Notes under the pieces: model-generated
What the model saw: only the letters and a program-made list of their open reading frames with translations
Database searches by the model: none
What the model was told of the DNA's origin: nothing
NCBI RefSeq assembly: GCF_009914755.1
Contig: NC_060934.1
Length of the DNA: 64,000 bases
From: the human T2T-CHM13v2.0 reference genome, Homo sapiens
Reading direction: 5' to 3' (one strand)
Part shown: piece by piece, positions 14,476-29,171 of the stretch
How positions within the stretch are numbered: the first letter of the stretch is position 1
Layout: every line of letters begins with the position of its first letter
Program-made: the position numbers and the translations under genes

Positions 14476-14854
14476 CCCAACTCCCACTTGGAGTAGAACT
14501 TCACAAAACGACAGAGGGACAGCTGTTTCCATCAAACACTTCCACAGCTTCACCTGAGACGAGGGCATGACTCTGGGAACATCAGGAGGCTGATGGACTA
14601 TTAAGCCAAACAATTCCTACAAAAATTCCCTGCACCTTCCACTGCGTTTCAGTCCTTGACAGACATAAGTAAGGGATCAAGTGAGAAGAGGAAGGAAAAT
14701 ACAGGATCCAAGGAATCAACAATGCTAGCACTGAAGAGCAGGATTACGGAGGAGCTGTGCTCTGGGAGCATATATGGTGATCAATCAGATGCATGACTTT
14801 TTTTTCAAAATTTTAAATGTCTTGAGCATGCTACTTCCAACCATTCTACCCACA

Positions 14855-14956
14855 AATAAACTGCAATAGGACTTGGTTAGATTTCAATGATTATGAATAA
14901 ATGTTCACCTTCATACCTTCTGGTTACAAAGCTAAACTTTAAAATGTCCAAATAAA
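14855..14956 (+). terminator. Distal polyadenylation signal cluster of MSRB2
   Basis: Three AATAAA hexamers (14855, 14896, 14951) followed by TTTATGTTTGCTTTTTGG. Confidence 0.55.
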
Positions 14957-15012
14957 ATATTCACTAAAATTTATGTTTGCTTTTTGGCTAAGTCAATGAA
15001 CATGCTCTTTTA

Positions 15013-15360
<348 letters not shown>

Positions 15361-16023
15361 TTAAAAATGACAAATAAGAATTGGCTCACATGGTAGCAGG
15401 CATTTGGTTATACCAAGACTAATAGCAACTCAAGTATTTCACAAATCAAGAGTCTTGAATAATTTGTTACTGAAAGTATATAAATCATTCTCTTTGTGAC
15501 TTTATGGGCAAAAAGGAAACTTGTTTATACTTTTTTTCTCTTTATGAACTTGTTATATATTATTTTACATTTCTTTTAGTAGCAACCATGGAAATTACAA
15601 CATGCTTCCTTACTTGTTACCATCATATGTAAATTATTACTCATTTTGAGTTCTCCAGGAATGTTAGCCTTAGAACACTTTATTAACATCCCCTCACATT
15701 TTGTTTTACTATTCTCATGTATTTCATTTCACACACACTTTAAAGCCCCCAAACCATTATAATAATATACTAAAATATGTACGAATATATACTAATAATT
15801 AGTATATAATGAATCAGTATAAAATATATAATATACACTAATATGTATACTAATAAATATACACTAATATATAACATACTAATATATAATATATGTTTTT
15901 AGTATATGTGGTTGATACTCATTTATATTTACCTACATATTTGCCTCTTTTGTTGCTCTTTTATTTCTTCCTGCAATTCTGTGTTTCCCTGTGTGATTAT
16001 TTTTCTTCTGCCTGAAGAACTTC

Positions 16024-16336
16024 TTTTTGTTTTTCTTTTTTTGTTTTTTTTTGTGAGATGGAGTCTCACTCTGTCGTCCAGGCTGGAGTGCAGTGGTGCG
16101 ATCTCGGCTCACTGCAACTTCTGCCACCCCCGAGTTCAAAAGATTCTCCTGCCTCAGCCTCCTGAGAAGCTGGGATTACAGGCGCCTGCCACCGCATTCG
16201 GCTAATTTTTGTATTTTTAGTAGAGACGGGGTTTCACCATCTTGGCCAGGCTGGTCTTGAACTCCTGAGCCTGTGATCCACCCGCCTTGAACTCCCAAAG
16301 TGCTGGGATTACAGGCGTGAGTCACCGTGCCTGGCC
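16024..16336 (-). mobile_element. AluS (Sg/Sc-like)
   Basis: Full Alu; TSD GAACTTCTTTT. Confidence 0.93.
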
Positions 16337-18041
16337 GAACTTCTTTTATTTTTCCCATTAGTTCATATTTCCTAGTGATGATTTTTTTTCAGTTTTTGTT
16401 GGTGAGGAAACGTATTTATTCTCCTTTCATTCTGAGGAATATTTTCCCTGAGTATAGAGTTCTAATTTGGGGAATTAGAATTTTTTCCTCTACAGATAGC
16501 CAATTATCCCAGCACTGTTTACTGAAGACTTCCTTGAATTTCCTTGACATTTTTCAAAAAATTAATTTCCATATTAGCATGGGTCTATTTCTGGACTCTC
16601 TATTCTGTTCCATTGATATATCTATTCCTATGGCATTTATACCACACTGTATTGATTATTATAGGTTTATAGCAAGTCTTGACATTATTATAGGTTTATA
16701 GCAAGTCTTGAAAATCTTATGGCATTTATACCACACTGTATTGAAATTATAGGTTTATAGCAAGTCTTGGCTAGTTGTTTTATGCTAAAACAATTTTGAA
16801 AAAAGAACACAATTGGAAAAACATAACCAAAACATGTGCATTTCCATATAAATTTTAGAATTTGCTTGGAAATTTCTACAAAAAGTCTTGCTGGAATTTT
16901 GATTGGTATTGCATTGATATATCAATCTGGGGAGAACTGGCATCTTAAAAATATTGAGTGTCCCAGTCCACCAGCCTGGTATGTTTCTCTGTTTATTTAA
17001 GTATGCTTTAGTTTTTCTTTAAATATTTTGTTGTTTTTACTATGTGGGTCTTGCACATATTTTGTTAAATTAATGCCAAAATATTTTAATTTTCTTAATA
17101 CTGTCATAAATTGAATTGTTATTTACATTTTTATTTTCTATTCTTTCACTATATATAGAAATACAATTAATTTTTGTGTTTTGAACATGTATCCTGCAAC
17201 TTTACTAAATTGACTTATATTAATCCTTGTAACTTTTTTCTGGATTTCTTAGAGCTTTGTACATACAAAATCATGTCTGCAAATAGGACAGTTTTACTTC
17301 TTCTTTCCAATTTGCCTTTTTCTTTTTCTTGCCTTATTCACTATCTGGGTCTTACAATACAAATTTAAATGCAAATAGTGAGAGTGGATATGCCTGCTTT
17401 GCTTTGTTTGTGATTTTAGGTAGAAAACATTAAATCTTCACCATTGAGTTTGATGTTAGCTGTAGATTTTTTTTATAACCTTAATTGGATGAGGAAGACT
17501 TCTATTCCTAGTTGTTGAGAGATTTAGTGATGAAAGAGTGTTGATTTTTATCAAATGTTTTTTCTGCATCCATTTAAATAATTATATGGTTCTTTTTCTG
17601 TTTTCTATTCATAGAGTAGATTATATTGATTGATTTTCTGATGTTAAGCCAACCTTGCATTCTGAGATAAACCCCACTTGGATATGATAGATAGTATTCT
17701 TTTTACATGTTATTGGTTCTTATTTGCTATATTTTGTTAGGAACTTTTTGTTTCTATGCTCATGAGTAATATTGCTCTGCAGTTCTATTATCTTGTGATG
17801 TATTTGATTTTCTAATAAAGGTAATGTTAGCCCCATAAAACGATCTGGGAAATGCTCCCTCCTCTTTTATATTTTGAAAACGTTGGTGTAAGATTGGCGT
17901 CATTTCTTCCTTAAATAACTGGTGGAATTCCCCAGTGAAGTGATCTAGATCTGGAGTTTTCTATGTGGGAAAGTTTTTATTATTAATTTAAATAGGGCTG
18001 CCAAATTTTCTTGAGGCAGTTTTGGTAAATTTGCTTTTTAA

Positions 18042-18351
<310 letters not shown>

Positions 18352-18584
18352 TGCTTTTTAAGTAGTATTTTATCTAGATCGTCAAGCTTATCAGCATGGA
18401 ATTGTTCACAGTATGCCCTTCTTATTCTTTTCATGTCTGAAGGACGTGTAGAAAAACCCCTTCTTTCATTCCTAATGGGGATTTGTCTCCTCTGTTTTCT
18501 TCACTAGTCTGGCTACAGCTGGTCGGTTTTATTGAATTTATTTCAAAAACGTGGCTTTTGGTTTTATTGATTTTTCTCTACTTC

Positions 18585-18693
18585 TTTTTTTTTTTTTTTT
18601 TTTTTGAGATGGAGACTCACTCTGTCGCCCAGGCTGGAGTGCAGTGGCACGATCTCGGCTCACTGCAAGCTACGCCTCCCGGGTTCACGCCAT
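18585..18693 (-). mobile_element. 5'-truncated AluY (3' ~110 bp)
   Basis: poly(T) + GAGATGGAG...CCGGGTTCACGCCATT. Confidence 0.85.
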
Positions 18694-20391
18694 TTATCTT
18701 TTCTATTTTATTGATTTTTACCCTTTATCCTTTCCTTCCTTTTGTTTACTTTGAGCATAACTTGGACTTATTTTTATAATTTCTTAAGGTGGAAGCTTAG
18801 ATCACTGAGCTTTATTTTTAGACTTTGCTTCTTTTCCCATGTAGGCATTAAAGCTACATATTTCCCTATATGTTCTGTTTTACCCTACATCCCACAAATT
18901 TTGATATGCTTTCATTATCATAGGTATATGATATATTATCAACATATTTTCTAATATTACTTGTGACTCTTCTTTGATCTAGTGATTATTCAGAAGTATG
19001 TTGAAGTCCAGATATTTGAAATTTTCCTGGTTATCTCATTATTATTGAATTCCAGTTTAATCCTTTGTGGACAGAGAACATAGCCTGCGTGATTTTAAAC
19101 TATTCAAATTTATTGAGTTGTGTTTTGTGGCCCAAAATATGGCCTATCTTGACAAACACACCAGGTGCACTTGAAAATAATGTGTATTCTGCCATTTTTG
19201 GTGAAGTGTTCTATAAATATCAAGTCAAGTTGGTTGATAATATTGTTCAAAACTTCTATGTCTTTACTCATTTTCTGGTCTAATTGTTCTAGTAGCTGCT
19301 AGGTAGAGATGTTAATATTTGCAGTGATGTTTGTGGAACTATCTCTTCTGCACTTTCATTCTGTCAGTTACTTGCTTCATGTATTTTTGCTTCATATATT
19401 GGATGCATACAAATTTCGACTGTTGTGTTGTCCTTGACAATAAGACTTTTATCATTATGGAGTAATGAAATTATATGATAATACATTTCTTATTGTGATA
19501 TAATTGACAGAACATAAAATTTCATATAATATAAAATTCTCCACTTAAAAATATGCAGTGTACATTTTGGCTTAAGTATATTTTGTCTGATATCAGTCTA
19601 GCCAGTCTAGCCTTTTGATGTCTACTGTTTGCATGGTGTATTTTTCCACCCATTTTCTTTCAACATATTTGTCAATATATTTGCTGGTTCTTCTCTAATA
19701 AACATATAGTTGGGTCTTGTTTTTTTTTTGGTCCATTTTGACAATCTCTGCCTTTTAATTGCATTGTTTAGTTCATCAACACTTGCTGCAACCATTCACA
19801 TGCTTGCATTTGGGATCTGTCTTATTTTTTATTTTTGTCTCTTCTGTTGTTTTGCCTTTGTTCCTTCTTTTGTGATTTTTCTTTTTGAATTCTTTGAATA
19901 TTTTTCAGAATTCCTTTTTAATTTTCCTGTTTTCATTTAGCTAGACTTCTTAATTTTTTTTAGTGGTTGTGGAAGGAATACACACACCACACACACACAC
20001 ACACACACACTTAACTTTTCACTGGGTGCTTATAATGATTACTTCACTACTTCACATAAAATATAGAAATCTTGCAATCCTATCAGTCCATGTTCCTTTC
20101 TATTTTATGGTTTTTATATGTAGTCATCTATAACATTACAAACCCCAAAAGACCATGTTATAATTTTTTAAATGTGGTTTATTAAAATAATTAAGAGGTA
20201 AAAGGCAAAAAGAAAAAAAACTTGTGTTTAGCCAGGTACTTGCCATTACTCATGCTTTTTATTATTTTCAGAGAATCCAAGTTTCTATATGGTTTTTCTC
20301 CAGACTGAATGACTTTCTTTAGTATTTCCTACAGTGCAGGTTTGCTGGTAACTAATTCTGTAACTTTTCTTTTAAATGAAAATGTCTGTTT

Positions 20392-20688
20392 GTTCGTTTT
20401 TTTTGAGACAGGGTCTTACTCTGTCACCCAGGCTGGAGTGCGCTGGTGTGATCACAGCTCACTGCAGCCTCAATCTCCCAAACTCAAGTGATCCTCTCCC
20501 ACTTCAGCCTCGCAAGTAGCTGGGACTACAGGTATGCACCACCACACGTGGCTACATTTTCTATTTTTTGTAGATATGAGATCTTTCTATGTTGCCCCGG
20601 TTGGTCTCAAACTCCTGGGTTCAGGCGATCCATCTGCCTTGGCCTCCCAAAGTCCTAGGATTACAGGCATGAGCCACCATGCCTGGCC
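20392..20688 (-). mobile_element. AluJ
   Basis: GAGACAGGGTCTT...CACAGCTCACTGCAGCCTC diagnostics. Confidence 0.9.
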
Positions 20689-20869
20689 TATTCTTGAATG
20701 TTATTTTCATTGGTTATAGAATCTTGGGTTGACAGGTTTTTTGCTCCACTCTCTTCTGCCTTCCATGATTTTTGAAGAAAAGTTGGATGTTACTAGGATT
20801 GTTGCTCCCCGGTACAATCTGTCATTTTCCTCTTGCTGCTTACAAGTTTTGCGTGCTATCTCTGGCTTT

Positions 20870-21020
20870 TGTCTTTTGTTGTTGTGCTGCTATAACAAAA
20901 TAACGAAGACTGAGGAACTTATAAAGAACAAAAATGTATTTTCTCACTGTTCTGGAGGCTGGGAAGTCCATGATTGAGGCACTGGCAGTTTTGGCGTCTG
21001 GTGAAGGCTTGTCTGTTCCA
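20870..21020 (-). mobile_element. MaLR LTR fragment (MLT1A/MST-like)
   Basis: TGCTGCTATAACAAAATA...TCTCACTGTTCTGGAGGCTGGGAAGTCC. Confidence 0.7.
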
Positions 21021-21529
21021 TGGTACATAGTTCAGGAGTCAGTCAGAAACGTGGACACACAAAATGTGGGGATCCCCTCTCTTGCCTTTCCCTTGTAAAC
21101 TTTTCCCCTCTCTTTTCAATGTTCACAATTTCTTGGCTTCACTTTTCTGGCTTCTCAGACCACAAATGCTGCAGGTTTTTTCCATGTTTGCACCCCCACT
21201 TCCAATGTGTGCACCACATGGAATTCACTTAGCCTCAGGCTAAAGTCTGGACAGATGAGAACCAATTTGTTCAGCTCCCCATCATCCTTTCTTCATGCCA
21301 GCTCACACTTTTCACTAGAGACTGTCTGCTTCTGTTCACTCAGTACTTCAGAGTTGCTTTTGTATTGAGTCCAGGTTTTGCAGTTGTTTTCTGAGGAGCA
21401 TAGTCCTCTGGAAGGGTGTTAGTCATTGCTCCTACAAGTGGAACCTAAAAAGCATCATGGCCCCTCTTTCCTAGTGCAGGTGCACAGAGGCACATGAACC
21501 TCCTCCAGATTCATCCCACAAGAGAGCCA

Positions 21530-21750
21530 TTGAGTTCATGGGACTCACCCGGTGGTCATTTTGCTGGTCCCTGAGGACATTATTGGGATGGACAGACTTC
21601 CTAGATGGGGAGATCTCACATGGTTTACCTGACTGTGGAGTAAGGACAACCGTGATAAGAAGGATGAAGTGGAAACCCCTAAAACTATGCCACCTCAGCC
21701 AAGAGAGTAAACCAGATGTATGACATCCCACTAGGAATGGCAGAAATTAA
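21530..21750 (+). mobile_element. ERV-L internal (pro/pol region) relic
   Basis: CCTGACTGTGGAGTAAGG...AAGTGGAAACCCCT...CATCCC...GGAATGGCAGAAATTA resembles recalled HERV-L/ERVL pol. Confidence 0.55.
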
Positions 21751-21901
21751 ATTTGGAAAAAGTTAATTAGGATAAAAAAATGAAATAGTGAAGCCAAGGG
21801 GGCACCACTGCTTTTCTTGTCCTGGGTCACAGAGTTATGCTTGGCTTTAAAACTAAGTTTAAAATTTGACCCAGTAGGCACTTAAAAAGCTGCAGACCTA
21901 A

Positions 21902-22030
21902 GCTGGGAATGGTGGCTCACATCTGTAATCCCAGCTACTCATGAGGCTGCAAAGCAGGAGGATCACTTGAGCCTGGGAGTTCAAGTCCAGCCTGGGCAAT
22001 ATAGCAAGACTCTTAAAAAATAAAAATTTA
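21902..22030 (+). mobile_element. Alu monomer (FLAM-like)
   Basis: Single arm with A-rich end. Confidence 0.8.
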
Positions 22031-23269
22031 AACAACATAAAATTTAAAAGTGCCTACCTCAGCCTATAGGCTAACTGATGGTTCTGTAAGATGTTCTTCC
22101 TATAATTCACAGGCATGTTAGAACCCACCATCAGTCTGTGGGATTTTAAGAAGCCTGTCTAAGAATATCTCAAGATGGGTCTCCAGGGTCATCATGGCTG
22201 GATTCTGCCTCTGCATGGGCCTTAAGAGCATGATCCATTCCCCATGATGCAAGAAGGATTTGAACACCTGACATGGCCAGTGACTCAGAGATTCTCAAGT
22301 CTATTAACCCACTGATACCACAAGGTGTCCCATGAGACACCAAGGGGGCTTTGGGACTCCAGGAAAAGGTCTTTTTCTCAAGACACCCAGTAGTGAGGAA
22401 TTCTATAAGAATGGGTAGTCCACACAGGCTTGCTTTGTATGTATGTCTTATTTCCTCCCCTCACAGTCTCTAGCCTTTTCTCCAATTAAAACTCACTGTC
22501 TGAGGCCCCTTTGAGTCTAGTTCCGAAGGAGGACAGGAGGCCAGCCTCCACAGCAGAGCCAGTGCAAGGCTTGGTCTGTGCAGCCTTCTGCTTCTTGGTC
22601 TCTGCTCATTTTATCCTAAATGGAAGCATCCCGCGTGGCTGCCTCCCCAACACTATCATGGTAGATTTGTGTCTGTAAAGTTATCTAAGATGTGGTTCTG
22701 GGGTCTCTGAACACAGTCTGACTCTTCATTCCCTTCCCTCAGAGTTAGGAACAAAAGAATAATGCATGCGGCATTTAGATGCTGATTACGGGGTATGGGA
22801 GTTGGTAAGAGATGAGGGTGGAGGGAATATTCCTAGCAATTGGTGTATTTGGCTGATTGGTAACTGTTTATAGACTTGTTTCTTTCTAGCATGTACCCCT
22901 TGAAATCATTTTCTTTGTAAATGTTAAAAGCCATATGAAAAAAACCCACCACCTTGATTACTCTTCTTTGTACTTCAATCAGCAGCATGTCAGCCTCTGA
23001 ATAAACTGTAATTCCTTCACTATGCCTGTCGAGGGAAGCATTTAGGCCACATTTAAAAATATATCTTGGTAAAGGTCTCAAGAACAATTAGCAATTAAAA
23101 TACTCTATTTTCTACCTTTTACTATATAAACACGGCTGCTTGATTGATTTCACAGTCTTAGGTATTGCGCTGCTGGGGAGTCCCGTCTTCCCTAATTTCA
23201 CAGCTCTTAGACTCATTGGAGGCATCTGAAGTGTTATGAAGCAGCTTTTGATGGTCATTAGTACATCTT

Positions 23270-23548
23270 TTTTTATTTGAGACAGGGTCTTACTCTGTGC
23301 CCAGGCTGGCATGCAGTGATGTGATCTCTGGTCACTGCAGCCTTGACCTCCTGGGCTCAGGTGATCCTCCCACCTCAGCCTCCTGAGTAATTGAAACGAC
23401 AGGCACAAGCTTCCAAGCCCAACTACTTTTTTTTTGTATTTTTGTAGAGACAGGTTTTCACCATGTTGCCCAGGCTGGTCTCAAACTCCTGGGTTCAAGC
23501 AATCTGCCTACCTTGGCTTCCCAAAGCTCTGGGATTACAGGCATGAAC
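23270..23548 (-). mobile_element. AluJ
   Basis: Dimeric Alu with J diagnostics. Confidence 0.9.
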
Positions 23549-23739
23549 ATTCCATGAATTTTTAATTTGATTTTTGTTTCCAAGTAAATCTCTAAAAGAA
23601 TACTCATTAAAAATGAATCTTTCAAATCCTTAGTATTTGTATTGCTAACATTTACACTCCAGGATGATTTTCTATTAAAATGTATTGTCAAGTAATTTTG
23701 TCCACTTTCTCCATTATTTCGCCTGTTAAACTTATTTAA

Positions 23740-24475
23740 CAAAATCACCATGAAATACCATCTCACACCAGTCAGAATGGATATCACTGAAAAGCCAAAA
23801 AATAACAGGTGCTGATGAGGTTGTGGAAAAAAGAAACACTTATACACTGTTGGTGGGAGTGTAAATTAGTTCAGTTATTGCGGAGAGCAGCATGGCGATT
23901 CCTCAAACAACTCAAAACAGAACTACCAGTGGACCCAGCATTCCCATTACTGGGGACATACCCAAAGGCATACAATCGTTCTATCATAAAGACACATGCA
24001 CACGTATGTTCACTGCACACTATTCACACTAGCCAAGACATGGAATCAACCTAAATGCCCATCAATTGTAGACTGGATAAAGAAAATGGTACATGTACAC
24101 CATGGAATACTACGCAGACATCAAAAGGAATGAGATCATGTACTTGGCAGGAAATGGATACAGTTGGAGGCCACCTCCCGACCTTAACAAACTAATGCAG
24201 GAACAGAAAACCAAATATCACATGTTCTCACTTATAAGTGGGAGCTAAATAATGAGAATACATGGACACATAGAGAGGAACAACAGACACTGGGGCCTGT
24301 TGGAGGGCAGAGGGTGGAAGGAGGGAGAGGATCAGGAAAAATAACTAATGGGCACTAGGCTTAATAGCTGGGTGACAAAATAATCTGTACAACAAACTGC
24401 CATGACTCAAGTTTACCTATAAAACAAACCTCCATGTGTACCTCAGAACTTAAAATAAAAGTTAAAAAAATAAAA
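23740..24475 (+). mobile_element. L1 3' end (old L1PA)
   Basis: ORF2 C-terminal remnants ([10 protein letters not shown]), 3' UTR and A tail. Confidence 0.88.
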
Positions 24476-24504
24476 CACTGGTTTAAGGTCATTTTCTTTG
24501 TCTG

Positions 24505-24650
24505 TTTTTTTTTTTTTTTGTTTTGTTTTTTTCCTTTTTAGAGACAAGGTCTCTCTATGTTGTCCAGGCTGAGCTCGAACTCCTGGGGCTCAAGTGATCC
24601 TCTCGCCTCAGCCTGCTGAGTATCCCAAGTAGCTGGGACTACAGACTTGC
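24505..24650 (-). mobile_element. Alu monomer (FAM/FLAM-like)
   Basis: poly(T) plus a single arm. Confidence 0.75.
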
Positions 24651-25084
24651 GACTTTTAAGTCATTTTCAATCATGTCCTACAGTCAGCTGATTGTAAATG
24701 CATGCCCGTGTGCTAGCGAGACCACTGGCAGTGCCAGTGCAGCAGGACATTCAGTGCTCAGGGGATGCTGTGAGTGCAGCTAAGATGCCAGTGTGATGTA
24801 TCATGTTCCTGTGTCTGCTTGCTTCATGGATACCCATGTTTTGTTTGATAGAGTGGAAGACGGTCTCAGATCTCCTTCTAGCCCCTTAGATGGGATTTGA
24901 ACCACCCAAGGAAGGAACTATTTATGAAATTCTTTATAAGATACTGGATAAGGATCAGAAACAGGAAACAGGCTGACTGAGCTTCCAGTTTTTGGAGACT
25001 TCCCAAAATAACTAGGAGACATAAGGATGGCTATGTTTCTTTTCAGGCATGTCTACTGTAGTTTGGGCATTAAAAGTTAGCCCA

Positions 25085-25372
25085 CAGAGGTGGCTTACCC
25101 CCATAATCCCAGCACTTTGGGAGACTAAGGTGGGAGGATCACTTTAGCTCAGGAGTTCTCACCTGGACAACATAGTGAGACCCCCATCTGTACAAAGAAA
25201 TAAAAAATTAGCCAGGAGTGGTGGTTTGTGCCTGTTGTCCTGGCTACTCGGGAGGCTGAAGTGGGAGAATCACTTGAGTCCAGGAGTCAAGACTGCAGTA
25301 AGCCATAATCACAACACTGCACTCCAGTGTGGGCAACAGAGCAAGACCCTGTGATTAAAAAAAAAAAAAAAA
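25085..25372 (+). mobile_element. AluJ
   Basis: Dimeric Alu with poly(A). Confidence 0.9.
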
Positions 25373-26650
25373 TAGTAATGGGTTGTCGCCACAGGCTAAT
25401 CAAGCCTGGATGTAGCTTGTATACCTATGATGATTGTCATGCTAAATTAAAGAGAAAATTATCAAAATAAAACAATTTATACCTCTTTATTCTAATTTCA
25501 GTGGTAAAAAGAAAATTACATTTAGCAAATTAAAACTTCATAGAGATATTATTTCTTACCTATGAGATTGCCAAAAGTTCAAAAGTTTGCTAACATACTC
25601 CATTGGTCAGATTATAGAGAAATAGATGCTCTTATACATTGCTAATCAGAATACACAATGGCATAGCCCCTATCCAAGGCAATTTGGCAATACCTACCAA
25701 AAATATACATTTACACTTGGACCCAGCCATTTTATTTCTAGGAATCAATCCCAAAGATATACTGGCAAAAATAAGCAAAATAGAAGTGCAAGGATATTCA
25801 TCACAGCACTGTTTATAAGAGCAAAAGATGGAAATAATCCAAATATCCATCAGTAGGGTACTGGTTAAATAAACTATAGTACAGCCACATAATGGGGTAC
25901 TATCAAATTATGAAAAGAAATGAAGCCTACCTTGATAGTCTTCTAATAAAAAGGAGATTTATCCAAATAAACTTTCTTTTGTAGATTTGCCTTTGAAACT
26001 ATGGAAACATTTCACAGAATTTTAAAACAAAGTTAAATTTCAAAAAGCAATCCCCAAACAACCAAAAGCAAAATGAGACAGTGAACCCAATTCTACATCA
26101 TGTTAGTGGCATGACCACACGGAGAGTAGGAATTTTAAGTAATTTAAAAACATGGTAATTCCACTCTATATCCATAATTGGCTGTTACCTCGGACAAAAA
26201 GAACTGTAAAAGAAGAAAAAATTGAACTGTTTTCACTACCTTTTACTTTTGGTAAATAAGTAATTATGTTAGTATCATTGGGAACTGGGACTTGGAGTAT
26301 GGGTTTTTCCATAAGAAAGAAGAAACTGATGGAAGATTTCAAAAAGTTAATTTAAAAACCTTACAATTTTCCATTTGAGTTGGAAATACTAGTATGTAAT
26401 AATATAAAACACATTTTATGTTTTATCTTTAAAAATTATTTCCCAATTCTGTCCATGAAAAGACCTTAAATCAAGGAGCAAGCCAGGGACAGTGAGCAGT
26501 TTGTTATCTCTAAATATTTCCCCATGAAAGGAACCAGGGCTCCTTGAAGAAATGGGTTTCTCCAGATCTGGGATGGGAAATGTATAAGATGAGCCTGGGT
26601 CATCTAGGCTTCTTACCAGAAAGCAAGGTAGCTATCAAACACTTACCTAA

Positions 26651-26941
26651 GGCCAGTTGGGGTGGCTCATGCCTGTGATTCCAGTGCTTTAAGGGTTACA
26701 GGCTGAGGAGGGCAGATTGCTTGAGGTCAGAAGTGTGAAACCAGCCTGGGCAACAGAGAAAGACCCCATGTCTACAAAATTAAAAAAAAAAAAAAAAAGA
26801 ATAGTGGGCATGGCAGCTCATGCCTGTAGTTCCAGCTATGTAAGAGGATTGCACGAGCCCAGGAGTTCAAGGCTGCAGTGAGCTATTGTACCATTGCACT
26901 CCAGCCTGGGCAAGAGTGAGACCCTGTCTCAAACAAAACAA
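26651..26941 (+). mobile_element. AluJ
   Basis: Dimeric Alu. Confidence 0.88.
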
Positions 26942-27159
26942 CCACTTAACTAGAATCGTGTCAAAAGAACTCAGGATCCAACTTGCAAGGGCTCACAGTG
27001 ACTAAAAATGGGAAAAGTTGGGGATCAATAAGAATAGTATCGACAATATAGTGAATCACTTTAAATATGTTTAAGTCCATTAGTTCATAATAGAAAGAAA
27101 ACCTTTATTGGCTCACTTTTGAGGCTATTAGATAACCAAATGATTATTTTGAAAATTGG

Positions 27160-27452
27160 GGCTGGGTGCAGTGACTCATACTTGTAAACCCAGCACTTTG
27201 GGAGTATGAGACAGGAGGATCATTTGAGGCCAGGAGTTTGAGATGAGCCTGGGTAATGTAGTGAGACCCCATTGCTAAAAAACTAAAAATAAATAAAAAA
27301 AATAGCTGGGTGTGGTGAGGCTCACCTGCTGTACCAGCTATTTGGGAGGCTGAAGCAAGGGGGATAGCTTGAGCCTGGGAGGTTGAGGCTGCAGTAAGCC
27401 ATGATCACACCACTGCCTTTCAGCCTGGGCAACAGAGCAAGACCTTGCCTTG
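27160..27452 (+). mobile_element. AluJ
   Basis: Dimeric Alu whose tail has become (GAAA)n. Confidence 0.9.
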
Positions 27453-27498
27453 AAAAAGAAGAAAGAAAGGAAAGAAAGAAAGAAAGAGAGAAAGAGAG

Positions 27499-27557
<59 letters not shown>

Positions 27558-27622
27558 AGGAAAGAAAGAAAAAGAAAGAAAGAAAGAAAGAAAGAAAAAG
27601 AAAGAAAGGAAGGAAGGGAAAA
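27453..27622 (+). repeat. (GAAA)n microsatellite
   Basis: Pure purine tetranucleotide run. Confidence 0.95.
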
Positions 27623-28835
27623 ATTATGGTAAATAAAGGGAAAAATGGAAGCAATTTCTCTTTATACAAGTAATCCACTTAATAAATGGTTTGATCTATC
27701 ATTCTATATTACCATGTCACAATCCCTACTGAAATAATGGGTCTAGGCAATGATCATCACAAAAAGAGGGGCAAGTAGTTTTACCAAAATATTCCAGCAT
27801 GAATCTAATCAAGTTCTAGCTAGAGCTGCTGGTCTATCAGAACAAACACAGGGGACAGAGGAACATGTTAAATAATACAACAGGGCTGCAGTTAGGAAAA
27901 TCCAGACTGATTTCCTCCATAAGTAATTTGTAAGGAGGAGAGAGAAACAACCCAAAGATTTTTAAAAGTCTTAGGAAACAGCAACCAATGGCGATGTATG
28001 GGACCTTACTTGGATCACTATTTGAAAAAACTATAAAGAGTTTATGAAAGAACTGGAGAAATTTGAACATTACCATATATATAATGATATTAAGAAAATA
28101 TTGTTATTATGTTGTGTAAAATAGTGTTTTGTGGGGTTTTGTTAAATAATTCTTACTGTTTAGAGATGCATGCTGAAATATTTATAAGTGAAATGACCTG
28201 TCTAGGATTTGCTCTAAGTAATTTGCACAGTGATTTAGATTAGACAGCAGAGATAGTGTCTAGATTAGAGGTAGTAATCTAGATCTAGTGATATAGATTG
28301 AAGAAGACTGGCCAAATGTTGATGATTTTGAAGCTGGGTGATACGTAGGTCAGAAGAGTTCATTATACTAGCAGCAAGAGAAGGGAAATTTCACAAGTGA
28401 GCCGCAGTCACCAAACTCTCTGCCTGGGGATGACACAGAGAGCCAGACTCCAAGTAGAGCACAGTGACCTTGCTGAGCTGAGGAGACAGAGATCAGAAAC
28501 TAGAAGTTGGATCAGCTGAAATGTTTGGAATCTGGATGAAGAGGCATCAGAAAGGAGGGAGCTGTGCAGATGGGGCCCTTGGGAGTTCAGGAGGGTGCCT
28601 TCTGGGAATACGTGGCATGGCTGGATGGTACATGCACAGGACGCAGCTCCCCATGGTAGAAGCTACTGTCTACTTACCAGACAGCAACTTCTTCAGGATT
28701 GAAGGTGATGCCAATAGCAGAGGGTTAGCAGTGCTGGGGCATTCTGGAATGCCCTGTCTGAGAAATTTCATTACTTCTCAATGCATCTGGCACCAAGCCG
28801 AGATCCCAGATAGGCTTTAAGAATAACGACACGCC

Positions 28836-29171
<336 letters not shown>

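Larger units (their letters stand above)
13823..14975 (+). other. MSRB2: MSRB2 3' UTR (long form; end approximate)
   Basis: Follows the stop codon. Proximal AATAAA at 13909; distal AATAAA cluster at 14855, 14896 and 14951 followed by T/GT-rich sequence. Confidence 0.6.
25540..28370 (+). mobile_element. Old L1ME/MD 3' fragments, interrupted by two AluJ
   Basis: GACCCAGCCATTT...CTAGGAATC..., CACAGCACTGTTTATAAGAGCAAAA, AATAAATGGTTAAA-like motifs. Confidence 0.6.

Noticed and set aside
27322-27678. K/E/R-rich and F/L/S-rich ORFs (also 41232-41789, 45229-45477, 49596-50144)
   Set aside because: Stop-free frames of microsatellites and minisatellites.
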